DNA of 64,000 nucleotides from Octopus sinensis (GCF_006345805.1 NC_042997.1:204910001-204974000), one strand, 5' to 3'; shown: positions 1 to 12,172, counted from the stretch's first letter. Notes: generated by a model not told the origin, from the sequence alone. Program-made: numbers and translations.

Positions 1-385
1 TCCCAAGACAGTGCCCTGTGGAACACCGCTCACAATTTGTGTGTTCATAGAGGTGGCCTCATTAGCCACTACTGCCTGACTCCTATCTTTCAGGAAGTCA
101 TGTAACCACACTCCAAGTTTTCCAGCTATGACGAGGTCATGCAGTTTGTGGCATATCATACCATGATCTACCTTGTCAAAAACTTTTGCAAAATCAAGGT
201 ATATTACATCCACATTTGATTTGTTGAGTAACTGCCTCAACACCCAGTCATAATGTTGTAAGAGCTGGGTCAGGCAGCTCCTACCTGGTCGAAAACCATT
301 CTGGGTATCACTCACCAAGTTATTTTCTTCAAGGAATGCGATTAGTTTCCCCCTAACAATCCGTTCCATGACTTTGGTGATGTGT
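1..385 (-). mobile_element. CR1/L2-type LINE reverse transcriptase fragment
   Basis: Minus-strand translation gives KVMERIV..KLIAFLEENNLVSDTQNGFRPGRSCLTQLL..VDVIYLDFAKVFDKVDH..SGVPQGTVLG, the RT motifs typical of CR1-like LINEs; runs off the window start. Confidence 0.85.
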
Positions 386-404
386 GAAATCAGATATATA
401 TATA

Positions 405-436
405 CACCACACACAACACACACACACACACACACA

Positions 437-495
<59 letters not shown>

Positions 496-1300
496 ATATA
501 TAATATATATATAATACATATATATCACCGCAAGAGTCTTCTCCATCAGGCTTTCAGTTGCGAAGTGTGTCCTTGCATGCATATATATACACACATATAA
601 ACATATAAAATACATATAAACCCCTACATTTTGTACACACACGCACATACATACATTCACTCCCGCGCACGTACACACACACATTTACATATATATACAA
701 TACACGCACACACACTTACACACGTACAAACACACACTAATTCACATACACACCGACACATATACATACACACAACATATACCTCCACGCGCACGCACAC
801 ATACACATACGTACACACATATAAGCACAGACACACACATACATACGCACACCAAAACATGCGCACACATACGCACGCACACGCGCAAAAAGAAACTCAA
901 CGCACATACATACACACGCACACACACACAAATGAACCCACACACACATCCCATACGGCACACAACCATACATACACGCACACACATACATGCACGCACA
1001 CAATTATACATATACGCACGTATAAGCACACACGCACACATACACTTAGTTAAGCACAGTTACTCCCCATACGCACAAAAAAACGCACACGTACACACAC
1101 ACATACTACAACAAAACACACACACGATACATATACACGCACACACACATACCTCCCTGTTTCTGACCTGCCTTCCTGACTTGCTAGGGTACCCCCACAT
1201 CACTCCTTTAATTCTACTACTACCTGCCACTAGCCATTGTCCACCATACACACACATACACACACACACGCACACACTCACACACACAACCGTTGTCATC
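405..1300. repeat. Compound (CA)n/(TA)n/(CATA)n microsatellite field
   Basis: Directly visible; explains the HT/CV/YI-rich ORFs in the track. Confidence 0.95.
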
Positions 1301-1463
1301 TCGCACACCTTTTTTACCATTCCTTCTTTGATTCAGCTCTCCTGTTTTTAAAAACATGTTCCTCCTTTTTCACCACTTCCGTTTTTTCAGTATGTGACCT
1401 CGTGAAGACTACCTGCAATTTTTTTCCCTCTGTTCTCCCGCCTCGGGATCTTTCTTTCTCCTT

Positions 1464-1498
1464 GTTTCCGACGAAGAGCTCCGCTCGAAACGTCACAC
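1464..1498 (+). ncRNA. Minimal hammerhead-like motif (degenerate, Penelope-type)
   Basis: GTTT-CCGACGA-A-GAGC TCC GCTC-GAA-ACGT-C-ACAC: near-consensus core (U4 is C), 4-bp stem II, palindromic ACGT stem III, GUC triplet, stem I with one mismatch. Confidence 0.45.
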
Positions 1499-1590
1499 CC
1501 TCCTTCTTCCCTTCTTTCCTGAGCGTCCAATAATACTTTATTTGTTCCATGTCCTAGCGTTGTTGTCTTTTTGTTTTCTTGTTTGGATTA

Positions 1591-1643
<53 letters not shown>

Positions 1644-1734
1644 GCATGTATGCAGGAGTGTGAATGTATGTCTGTATATATATATATATATATATTCTTA
1701 TATATATATTCATTTAGAGATAGTAGTCCCCTTC

Positions 1735-1864
<130 letters not shown>

Positions 1865-1910
1865 GAATGTAAACACTTATGTGTATATGAGGATGAGGTT
1901 GCGTACACAT

Positions 1911-1949
<39 letters not shown>

Positions 1950-2094
1950 TCGCCATACTAATATGGCATTCTTATAAAAATAAGAATAAAGCTGTCCGCT
2001 TATTAGCTCCATGAGGCCATCGCCTTAAGTTAGCTATTTGATACACAAACTGTATCCATATAACCTTCGAACAAGGGAGGTCAGTCGCTCCACA

Positions 2095-2166
2095 CTACTT
2101 GATCGACAGCTACAGACGCGTTTCGGGGTATTGCCCCTTGTCAATGTAGCGTAGTCAGACCAGTAG
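2095..2166 (-). ncRNA. Type I hammerhead ribozyme, mirror copy in the left palindrome arm
   Basis: Exact reverse complement of 2262-2333. Confidence 0.8.
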
Positions 2167-2261
2167 GTGTCGCTTCCGACTATCTCTGTTCGAAGGTTTT
2201 ATTTACCTAGTTTCGAAACTAGGTAAATAAAACTTCGAACAGAGATAGTCGGAAGCGACAC

Positions 2262-2333
2262 CTACTGGTCTGACTACGCTACATTGACAAGGGGCAATAC
2301 CCCGAAACGCGTCTGTAGCTGTCGATCAAGTAG
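2262..2333 (+). ncRNA. Type I hammerhead ribozyme (U3-A8 core variant), predicted cleavage after C2313
   Basis: Stem I GCTACA(2278-83)/TGTAGC(2314-19); core TTGACAA(2284-90); stem II GGGG-CAATA-CCCC; GAA(2304-06); stem III AC-GC-GT (palindrome ACGCGT); GUC triplet; stem I extends through an internal loop (GAC/GTC, TGGTC/GATCA, CTAC/GTAG). Confidence 0.8.
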
Positions 2334-2618
2334 TGTGGAGCGACTGACCTCCCTTGTTCGAAGGTTATATGGATACAGTTTGTGTATCAAATAGCTAACT
2401 TAAGGCGATGGCCTCATGGAGCTAATAAGCGGACAGCTTTATTCTTATTTTTATAAGAATGCCATATTAGTATGGCGATAACTATTAATTTCCAGGAACG
2501 CTGCCGTGTTCTCTTTTAGAGAGACTTAGTAATTTTAATATTTCTATTATATATATATATATATATATATAGCAATAATAAATCTCTGAACGAGATGTAA
2601 ACAGTAACCGCTCGACAA

Positions 2619-2870
2619 CGTAAAGTATACTAACCATCTCAATATGGCTAACCACTAAGGGTGGGTGTTACTGTAGCTTTTAGCCCCAGGAGATGATCGT
2701 CTCCAGCTGGCTTTAGACACACCTCGAAACTGCAGTCGGTACGTATCACTTAGGCTTACGAGAGAGGGATGACCTCCCTTTGCAAGCTGAAGACGATGAT
2801 CTCCTGGGGCTAAAAGCTACAGTAACACCCACCCTTAGAGGTTAGCCATATTGATGGCTAGTATACTTTA

Positions 2871-2872
<2 letters not shown>
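2619..2872. repeat. Inverted-repeat element: ~90-bp arms (2619-2708, 2785-2872) around a 76-bp spacer
   Basis: CGTAAAGTATACTAACCATC...CCCAGGAGATGATCGTCTCCAGCT pairs with AGCTGAAGACGATGATCTCCTGGGG...GTATACTTTACG with a few mismatches; lies between (TA)n tracts. Confidence 0.9.
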
Positions 2873-2904
<32 letters not shown>

Positions 2905-3285
2905 ATGTGTGCGTGTGTGTGTGGATATGTGTGTATGTATGACTGCGTACATACACATATATGTTTGTGTGTATGTATGTGAATGCATGTAAATTTTTGT
3001 GTACGTATGTAGACGTTATGAACGCAGGAAGTTTATGTCTATGTATATATATATATGTGTGTGTGTGTCTGTGTGCGTGAGTAAGGGTGTGTATATATTC
3101 ACGTGCTTCCTTATATGCATGTACAAGTCAATGTGTGTAGGTTTATTTAGTTATTTATGTGTATGCATGTGGGTATGTATATATACCCACGTATGTGAGA
3201 AGGTATATATATAAGTACATAAGTGTATAATGTCGACCTGTGTATGTATGTTTGTATGTATATATGCATGCATATGTATATATAT

Positions 3286-3328
<43 letters not shown>

Positions 3329-3344
3329 ATATGTATACGTATAT

Positions 3345-3403
<59 letters not shown>

Positions 3404-3827
3404 TATCTTCTCTATATATAAAACTGAATTGCATTTTTACCGCTTGGATCGCTTTCAATGCCACTACATCCCGTCCGATTCGCTCCAAAATTTACAGGGA
3501 CATGTAGAATGAGGTGACGATGCGCGTGGGCTACCTTAGAAATCCCTATCTTAAAAGGTGTGGTTGCTAGGGGCCATCTTTCTCACTCATCCTATTTCCT
3601 CCAGTACTCTCTCACTCCTCTTCATTTGACAATGCAACTACGGTTATTTAATGTAAAGTCTTCCTCAAATCACTCTCTCGCTATTTACTCTCTTCCAAGA
3701 ACATTTTCACTCACTCTTATCTCTTAGCTTTCCATACATTTTACTCATGTATCTATCAGCGTTCATAGACAGTAACAAATATTACATCGCCATCCCCATC
3801 GCCATCGCATTCTATTGTCTACCTGTC

Positions 3828-3901
<74 letters not shown>

Positions 3902-4199
3902 CATATATCTAATATTATATTTTTATGTTTTTGTTTTTTTACTGTTTCATTTCCCTATTAGTGGTTTGATCTCTAATTTAATTTCTACAGCGTGCGCACA
4001 CACACACACCTATATGTGGCTCCAGTAGACCCGAATGAAATCGGGTTCTCTTCATCAAAATGTGAAAAGGGGTCTAGAATTATCATCGCCACAACTTATG
4101 TTTTTCCTAATGATAATTATCATCGCCACCACCAACATACAATCATGACAATCTTTCTCTTAAAACAAATCATGTTTACATTGCAAAATCTTTCATTTT

Positions 4200-5308
4200 C
4201 CCGTCCTCTCTTTCATATATGTGACCCAGGTTTGGGTGGCCGCACAACTACAATTAGACAACGGCTAAAAACATTCGATGTTGATAATGCCTGGATCGTT
4301 CCATTCAACCCTTTGCTTTCCAAAACATTTAATGCACACATTAATGTTGAGTACTGCAGTTCGGTGAGATGCATACAATACCTCTGCAAGTACATTAATA
4401 AGGGCGATGATATGGCCGTGTTTGTGTTCAGTGATGAAGACCTTAGACATGACGAAATTAAACAATTCGTTTTCGGTAGGTATGTATCCTCCAATTATGC
4501 AGCGTGGCGCATTTTTGGATACGAGATTCATCTAAGCTCACTATCAGTTTTCCACCTGAATGTTCATTTACAGAAGAGACAGCTGGTTTACTTCACAGAG
4601 AAAAATACACGTCAAGTCATTGAAAATCCAAAAGGGACTACGCTTACAGCATTTTTAAAATTGTTTTCAGTTGATGAGTTTGCTGCTACTCTCATTTACC
4701 CTGAAGTACCGGAATATTACACATACAACAACAATAATTGGAAGCGCAGGTCACATGGAACAGAACTTGACAATTGGCCCGGTGTTTCTAGGAAGAACGT
4801 CATTGGACGTGTGTATAATATTCATCCTACCAAACAGGAAATCTTTTTGAGAATGCTACTTCATGTAGTTACTGGACCGAAGTCTTTTGCTGATCTTCGC
4901 ACGGATGATGGTATCATCTGCGCCACTTACAGGGAAGCATGTTTGAGGTGCAGACTTCTTCTCAATGACGACCACTTACACAGGACATTAGCAGAGGCCT
5001 CAAATTGTAAACTGCCATGGCAAATGCGTCGATTGTTTTGTAGCATATTAATCCACTGTAATCCCAGCAACCCTTTTAACTTTTGGGAATCGTTCAGACA
5101 GAGCCTATCAAAGGACATACAGGCTAATTTAGCGCTACGGGATGGCAACGACGATGTTTATAATGAAGCATTAATCGACATGGACAGACACATCAGACGC
5201 TATGTTATACGCGGTTTAAGTGAATTCCATCTGCCAACACCTGTCCATCATGAAGCGCCTTTGGATGTTGAATACATGTCAGAAAAAACTACAACATTGC
5301 CGAATTGA
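4200..5308 (+). pseudogene. Helitron Rep (HUH endonuclease) C-terminal half, 5'-truncated
   Basis: DNAWIVPFNPLLSKTFNAHINVEYCSSVRCIQYLCKYINKG (two-tyrosine motif), YVSSNYAAWRIF, FLRMLLHVVTGPKSFADLRT. The N-terminal ~70 aa of ORF 3992 come from a microsatellite and non-coding DNA; Rep motifs 1 and 2 are not seen. Confidence 0.9.
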
Positions 5309-6710
5309 CGGAAACAAGTACGCGAGATGAACCAAGACTTTTGCCTGAACAAAGAGAGATTTATAATGAAATTATTGACAGCGTTACATTGAACCAAGGA
5401 AAGCTTTTCTTTTTGAATGCTCCAGGTGGTACTGGTAAAACTTTCGTTATCAATTTGATTCTCGCAAAGCTGCGCGCTGAACGTCGAATTGCCATTGCAT
5501 GTGCCTCAAGTGGTATTGCAGCGACACTGCTTCAAGGCGGCCGTACGGCACATAGTGCATTCAAATTGCCCATGGACATTGGAAAGAAAGATAATCCTAT
5601 ATGTAATATAGAGCGTAGTTCCTCAAGAGCAAGACTTCTTCGTGAATGCAGTCTTTTTATTTGGGATGAGGCTACAATGAGTAATAAGGCCATGTTTGAG
5701 GCTCTTGACAGAACTCTCCAAGATTTGCGTCACAATACAAAAATAATGGGTGGAGCTACGTTTCTCATGGCAGAAGATTTTCGACAAACTCTTCCTGTTG
5801 TCCGAGCAGGCACTAGAGCCGATGAGGTTAATGCATGTATAAAGCATTCTTATGTGTGGCACAGTGTTATCAGTCGCCATCTTCAAACAAACATGAGAGT
5901 CCACCTACATGGTGATGTGGAGTCTGAGGCTTTCGCAAAACACCTATTAGATCTTGGTGATGGAGTTTTGCCTTTCGTTGATGATGAGCATATTCGGTTG
6001 CCTTTTGGGAATTTCGTTCCAAATGTAGAAGAACTTATAAGAGCCGTTTTACCTGACGTCGAAACCAACTTCCAGGATCTCGATTGGCTAAGAGCAAGAG
6101 CTATTCTATCGCCTCATAATACAACAGCTCATGCTACAAATAAACAAGTACTTGATATGAATCCTGGTGAGATAGTTTCTTTCATGTCCATCGATACGAA
6201 TAAAGATGAGAATGATGCAGTCAAATATTCACCCGAGCTACTCAACAAGCTAACACCTCCGGGACTTCCACCTCATTATTTGTGTTTGAAAGTTAGTGCT
6301 CCAATCATGGTGCTCAGAAATATGGAAACGCCTGAAATATGCAATGGTTATTATGCGAATGGTTATTAGGAGGATTCAAAGCCATGTTATAACTGCTGAA
6401 ATTTTGAGTGGACCATTTGTAGGAACAATCAAAATGATACATAAAATGAGTATTTCACCCTCTGATGTTCCCATTCAGTTTAAACGCTTTCAATTTCCGA
6501 TAAAAAAACTGCTTCGCGATGACAATCAACAGGTCACAGGGACAATCACTGGACATTGTAGGCATTATCCTGTCACAACCGGTTTTCAGTCATGGTCAAT
6601 TGTACGTAGCCTGTTCTCGAGTTGGAAATCCACATAAACTCTTCATTCTTGGCAATCATGAGCGCACAAGGAACGTGGTTTATCAGGAGGCTCTGACAAA
6701 AGAAAACTGA
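5305..6710 (+). pseudogene. Helitron PIF1-family helicase, frameshifted
   Basis: FLNAPGGTGKTF (Walker A), ACASSGIAATLL, GGRTAHSAFKLP, IWDEATM, DFRQTLPVV, PPHYLCLKV, MTINRSQGQSLDIVG, VFSHGQLYVACSRV, spread over three frames. Confidence 0.92.
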
Positions 6711-7586
6711 TTGTAAGTCATGAAATTTTGCTTGATTTTTTATTTTGCACCTCTTCATTATCTCTTCATTCTTGAAAATAAAGACATTAAAAAGAACATG
6801 GTTCATAAAGAACGTTGGGTTCAGATGTTTGCAAACATTTGATCCAACTCATTCTCTTTATTCCTCATTTTCCGATTCCTTCTACGTCTCCATTAAACGG
6901 TTTTGTCAAGTTATTGTTTCTTCGCTAACATAAGACATTCATAAAGTGAATGAGTTGTTAATTACATTTTATACACTATTCCATTGTTTAGGTGGTGTCG
7001 AAAGGACTGGCATGTGTCACCATATAAACTCTCTCAGTCAAACTCCCAACTCATGAGTTCACATCGTGATACTCTTTCTACAAAACTGAGCTGGGTGTGA
7101 ATTCTAATTTCATTCACTATTACAGATGTTTTAATTTTTGAAACAAACACATTGCCTCTTACGTTTTAAAACAATAAAACAATACTACCTCAATACATTG
7201 GTCCAACAAACAAAACAACCAACACTCTCATTCTTTTATGTATCTGTCTTCCTCCATCACTCACTCACTTTTCTCCCTTCCTTTCACATTCTATCTATAA
7301 CGTCGTTTCACAGCGTCTACCTACCTTACATTCACTTTCTCTTTATAACGTCGTTTCACAGCGTCCGTTATCCGCCCTCCCTGCCTTCCACAGCGCTTTC
7401 ACACACTCTCACTCTCTACGTCTGTCTGCATTCATAGAGAGAATTATCATCGCCACAACCACCACTCAATCATGACAACAAATATTATGAATCAGATATT
7501 TATTGGGTTAATTTATATATGTGTGTGTATCTATATATAAATATGTATATATAATAATTTTTATATATGCAAAGTGCATATATCTG

Positions 7587-7625
<39 letters not shown>

Positions 7626-7705
7626 TATATATAATTTGTATACATTTATATATATATACCAACTCTTATCCGCGCGTAGAGCGGGTCACCTTCAGCTAGT
7701 ATATA

Positions 7706-7848
<143 letters not shown>

Positions 7849-7859
7849 ATATGTACATG

Positions 7860-7892
<33 letters not shown>

Positions 7893-7898
<6 letters not shown>

Positions 7899-8500
7899 TA
7901 CATACAGTCACCTCAGCAACTTTAGTCACCCCAGAAAAGTTTATATATATATATGTATATTTAAATGGGTTATTCCCCTGACTGATTCCATTATGTTCTT
8001 TACAAATGCATTTACAATTTTATATTTATATATTCTACAAGTATTGCAAATCACACACTCATGTTCAAGCTTAGTTATGATAGTACAGCCTGTCTACACC
8101 TATTGTCTAGGTTCTGCCTTAATCAGGAAAACGCAGAGGAAATTCATTTCGATGTTTGAGAAATATTACTGAGATTTTTAAGAAATTGGCAAACATTTTG
8201 TTTTCCAGTATTTGTTGTACGTATACCATTCAAAGTGACAGACTCAGAAAGGTAAGACGATTATTATTATTTTTGTGGTTTAACATATTTTCCTCCAGAA
8301 GAGGTCTCTGTCTTCTCGTGAAGAAGTTTCTGTAATGTCCACTGCACCTCTTCTCATGTCACTGTATACTGCTGCCTGGTTTCGCTTAAATCTTTTGTTT
8401 ACTGTTTTTCACTTGGTTATTCTCTCTGATTTCCGGTTTGTCACTGACAACTTTTTGCTCCGGTTTCAGAGACATTAGTTCGAAAGTGAGTGTCCTCCGT
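7893..8500. repeat. Dispersed repeat of unknown class (repeat U, variant A)
   Basis: Near-identical to 53735-53865 joined to 55433-55900; diverged relatives at 21170-21800, 23560-24660 and 50130-51300. Confidence 0.8.
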
Positions 8501-9885
8501 TTATCTGTTGAGCTGTTGTTTTTGTTCTGTTCCTTGGTTGTGTTGTTGTTGATGTTGTGTCCAGCCATGTTGTTTGTAGTAAATCTCTGCATGCTAAATT
8601 CAAGTTTCAGTCGAAAATCAATACAATCTTTAATAAAAGGCTCCTTCAGTTAATTCATCTGGAGATTAACCAGTTATTTAACAAGGCTTCAAAGATGGAG
8701 ATAGTATTCATCGTATCTTCCATAAATAGTCTTCCATACTGAATACACGACGCGTCACTTCGAGCCAGCCTGTCCGTATGTATGTATGTATGTATGTATG
8801 TATGTATGTATGTATGTATGTATGTATGTATGTATGTATGTACGTACGTACGTATGTATGTATGTATGTATGTATGTATGTATGTATGTATGTATGTATG
8901 TATGTATGTGCAGATTTGTATGTTTATGTACGTTTTCTCAAGCACATAGTTACATATCTAGAAATGCTCATATATATTTAATGATAAACTTCTGGAAAGT
9001 TTCTCAGACTTTTACAGTTCCAGTGATGGGTCGTATCTGTAGTCTTCAAATTAGCCTTCTCCTCTCTGGTTTTCAGAACCCTAAATTCTCAAGATAGGTA
9101 TTTAGGCTGTGTGCTATATATCTCAGGGCCCCAATAATTACAGGTATAAACCTGAACTTGTAATCTGAATAGAGAAACTGCTGATTTCTCAATAGTTCAG
9201 CATAGATACACTCTTTTTCATTGATCTTCAGCTTTATGTTCACATCTGCTGGGAAGTTAATTGCCACAACTGTACACAGTTTCTCTTCTCTATCTCAAAT
9301 CATTATATCAGGTCTGTTGGGATTACAGTTTATTGTGGTCTACACTGGGACATTCCATCTGTATTCTTTTTTGTTACATGTGGCTATGACTTCTACTATA
9401 CTGTGGATTCTTATTTCATTCTTCTCGGGATTATGCTTACCACGGATTTCATTATAGAGTGTCCTAGCTACAACGTCTTGTGACATTTACCGTGATGGTA
9501 TTTTCGGACAACTGCTTAAGGTGTGGGTGATATTTTCACTGTGAACTCCACAAATTCTGCATCGGTTGTCACATTTGAATGCTTTACCTACATCTCCATC
9601 CCTTTTGTTCATCAGATACTTGTTTGATATTTCCTAATCCTCGATTGCAAACGCATACCCTTCAAAGTGGGAGATAGTAATCCCGCTGTGGGTCCATGAT
9701 AAGCTGCTTTGATGATCGATGTTACTATCAGCACGGAGCTTTCTACTTCTGCTCATATAGGCTCATGCTTTCACAACAAAACAACTACACGTCACCATAC
9801 GATGCCGTTCATGTGTCTCTGAGTAGAATACCAGCTCACATCACTACACAATCACCCAGTGTCATATATATATATAGGACGGCAA
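8500..9885 (-). mobile_element. R4-like (RLE-type) LINE remnant with internal (TATG)n, C-terminus and 3' region
   Basis: Minus-strand YSDYKFRFIPVIIGALRY..LENLGF..; the same family elsewhere shows RPDIAVWD (PD..D nuclease motif) and QGD/DLKLY RT motifs. Confidence 0.75.
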
Positions 9886-9901
9886 TGTTCCAACATATAT
9901 T

Positions 9902-10652
9902 CCTTTCTACTCTAGGCATAAGACCCGAAATTTGGGGGGATGGGACCAGCCGATAAGATCGACCCCAGTAGGCAATTGGTACTTAATTTATCGACCTCGA
10001 AGAATGAAAGGCAAAGTCGACCTCGGCGGAATTTCAACTCAGAACGTAAACACAGTTGAAATACCTATTTCTTTACTACCTACAAGGGGCTACACAGAGG
10101 GGACAAACAAGGACAGACAAACAGATTACATCGATTATATCGACCCCGTGCGTAACTGGTACTTATTTAATCGACCCCGAAAGGATGAAAGCAAAGTAGA
10201 CCTCGGCGGAATTTCAACTCAGAACGTAAACACAGATGAAATACCTATTTCTTTACTACCTAGAAGGGGACACAGAGGGGACAAAGAAGGACAGACAAAC
10301 GGATTACATTGATTATATCGACCCCGTGTGTAACTGGTACCTATTTAATCGACCCCGAAAGGATGAAAGGCAAAGTAGACCTCGGCGGAATTTCAACTCA
10401 GAACGTAAACACAGATGAAATACCTATATCTTTACTACCTAGAAGGGGACACAGAGTGGACAAACAAGGAAGACAAACAGATTAAGTCGATAAGATCGCC
10501 CCCAGTGCGTAACTGATACTTATTTAATCGAACTCGAAAGGATGAAAGGCAAAGTTGACCTCGACGGAATTTGAACTCAGAACGTCAAGACAGACGAAAT
10601 ACGGCTACGCATTTCGCCCGGCGTGCTAACGTTTCTACCAGCTCGCCGCCTT
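9902..10652 (-). mobile_element. tRNA-type SINE multimer: one head, four B-box/core units with 179-180 bp period, flanked by a 16-bp TSD
   Basis: Head GGCGGCGAGCTGGTAGAAACGTTAGC at ~10650; CCTCG(G/A)CGGAATT recurs at 10021, 10201, 10380 and 10559; TGTTCCAACATATATT at 9886-9901 and 10653-10668. Confidence 0.88.
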
Positions 10653-11244
10653 TGTTCCAACATATATTATGTAATAAATGTAATATATCTTGACAATTAA
10701 AGAATTTAGTAGTCTAATATGTTTCTTACAGAACACCATATTTTGATGTTAGATTTACACTGAATGTTTTTAGTCGGTTGTTAAAGACCGAAATTTGTAA
10801 GCAACTCCACTGACAATATTTTCGTCATTTTTGCAATTAAATTAATGACATTTATAATTATCTCCTTACTTAATTTAGTGAATATTTTGTAAGAATGGAG
10901 CTTCATTTATTTGGCATTCACATAAAAAATATATGAAATACGAGCGTATAGCTTATTTAATGTTATCATTTAATGTCTAATTTATAGGTCAGTGCGACTT
11001 CATTTGTTAGATTCTTCCCCTGATGAAGGAGCTGCTTTCTAACGAACATACAAAGCTCCATCATTGGAATGTAGACGACGGACATAACGTCACATTTTAA
11101 ACCTGAGAAAAGTCTTGCATAGTTTTACTGTTCCATATACAGATTGTATTTGTAATGCGTTAATCCATTGATTTCTTGTTCTGAAAATCCAAGCTTATCC
11201 ACACTGACAGTTAAGCATTTACTTACAAAACGAAGAGCTTTTAT

Positions 11245-11410
11245 CATTATTGGTTCTTACGTCCTGAGTCCAAATTCCGCTGAAGTCGACTTTACCATTC
11301 ATCCTTTCGGGGTCGATGAAATAAGTACCAGCCACCCACTGGAGTCGATGCAACCGACAAACCCCCTCCGCGACAAACATTTCAGGCCTATAGTAGAAAG
11401 GATTATTATT
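11245..11410 (+). mobile_element. 5'-truncated SINE of the same family
   Basis: CTGAGTCCAAATTCCGCTGAAGTCGACTTTACCATTCATCCTTTCGGGGTCGAT core and AGTAGAAAGGATTATT tail. Confidence 0.8.
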
Positions 11411-12172
11411 GGTATAAATGCAATTCGTAATCTGGATATAGAAGCTGGACATTACAATGCATTTGTCCATAGTTACCTTCTTTGTTTTTGATTTTCAAAG
11501 AGATATTCCCATCAGAAGGGCAACCGACCTGTATGACGGAACCTACATTATCTTGTCTATCCCAGACAGCAATATCTGGCCTGTTATACTTACATTTCAC
11601 CGATGTTTTGATGTGAATGCTCCACCAGTATTCTTTGGGCTGATATTTGTGTGTGTTTAATAAGAAGGAGCTCTCTACATTTATTCCAGGAAATGGCATT
11701 GTGCATTGTTTATTTCTGGGTGCAAATCACCCAAGTATCATTTCAATCTGTTGATTCATCTGTAATATTTAAATTAATCAATATTCAATCCATAACTCCA
11801 AGAAAAATGAGGTTTGTGTTTACGGTTTCTGCTCTAACTAAAGCTAGAAAGAATCTGTTTATCTGTTGAGCTGTTGTTTTTGTTCTGTTCCTTGGTTGTG
11901 TTGTTGTTGTTGTTGATGTTGTATCCAGCCATGTTGTTTGTAGTAAATCTCTTCATGCTAAATTCAAGTTTCAGTCGAAAATCAGAACAATCTTTAATAA
12001 AAGGCCCCTTCAGTTAATTCATCTGGAGATTTACCAGTTATTTAACAGGGCTTCAAAGATGAAGATAGTATTCATCCTATCTTCCATAAATAGTCTTCCA
12101 TACTGAATACACGACGCGTCACTTCGAGCCAGCCTGTCCGTATGTATGTATGTATGTATGTATGTATGTATG

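Larger units (their letters stand above)
1943..2485. repeat. Spacer-less palindrome, arms 272 and 271 bp, centre TTTC|GAAA at 2214/2215
   Basis: 1943-2214 is the reverse complement of 2215-2485 apart from one extra G near the centre (ttcgaaGgtttt versus aaaacttcgaa); starts directly after a (TA)n tract. Confidence 0.97.
3406..7699 (+). mobile_element. Helitron, internally deleted autonomous-type copy
   Basis: Candidate 5' end A|TC at 3406 (less certain); 3' hairpin CCGC-GCGTAGA-GCGG (7670-7684) then CTAG|T at 7696-7700; Rep and helicase coding remnants inside; (TA)n on both sides. Confidence 0.8.

Noticed and set aside
2716-2800. Type II hammerhead using GAAAC at 2726 and CTGAAGA at 2787
   Set aside because: Neither stem I nor stem II pairs in that topology.
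9950-10620. CRISPR-like regular repeats
   Set aside because: Eukaryotic context; units are whole ~180-bp tandem SINE-derived copies without unique spacers, and there are no cas genes.
11019-11070. CTGATGA-A-GGAGC...GCTCC (and the related CTGAAGA at 22502) as hammerheads
   Set aside because: A stem II can form, but the obligatory GAA and stem III are absent in both copies.
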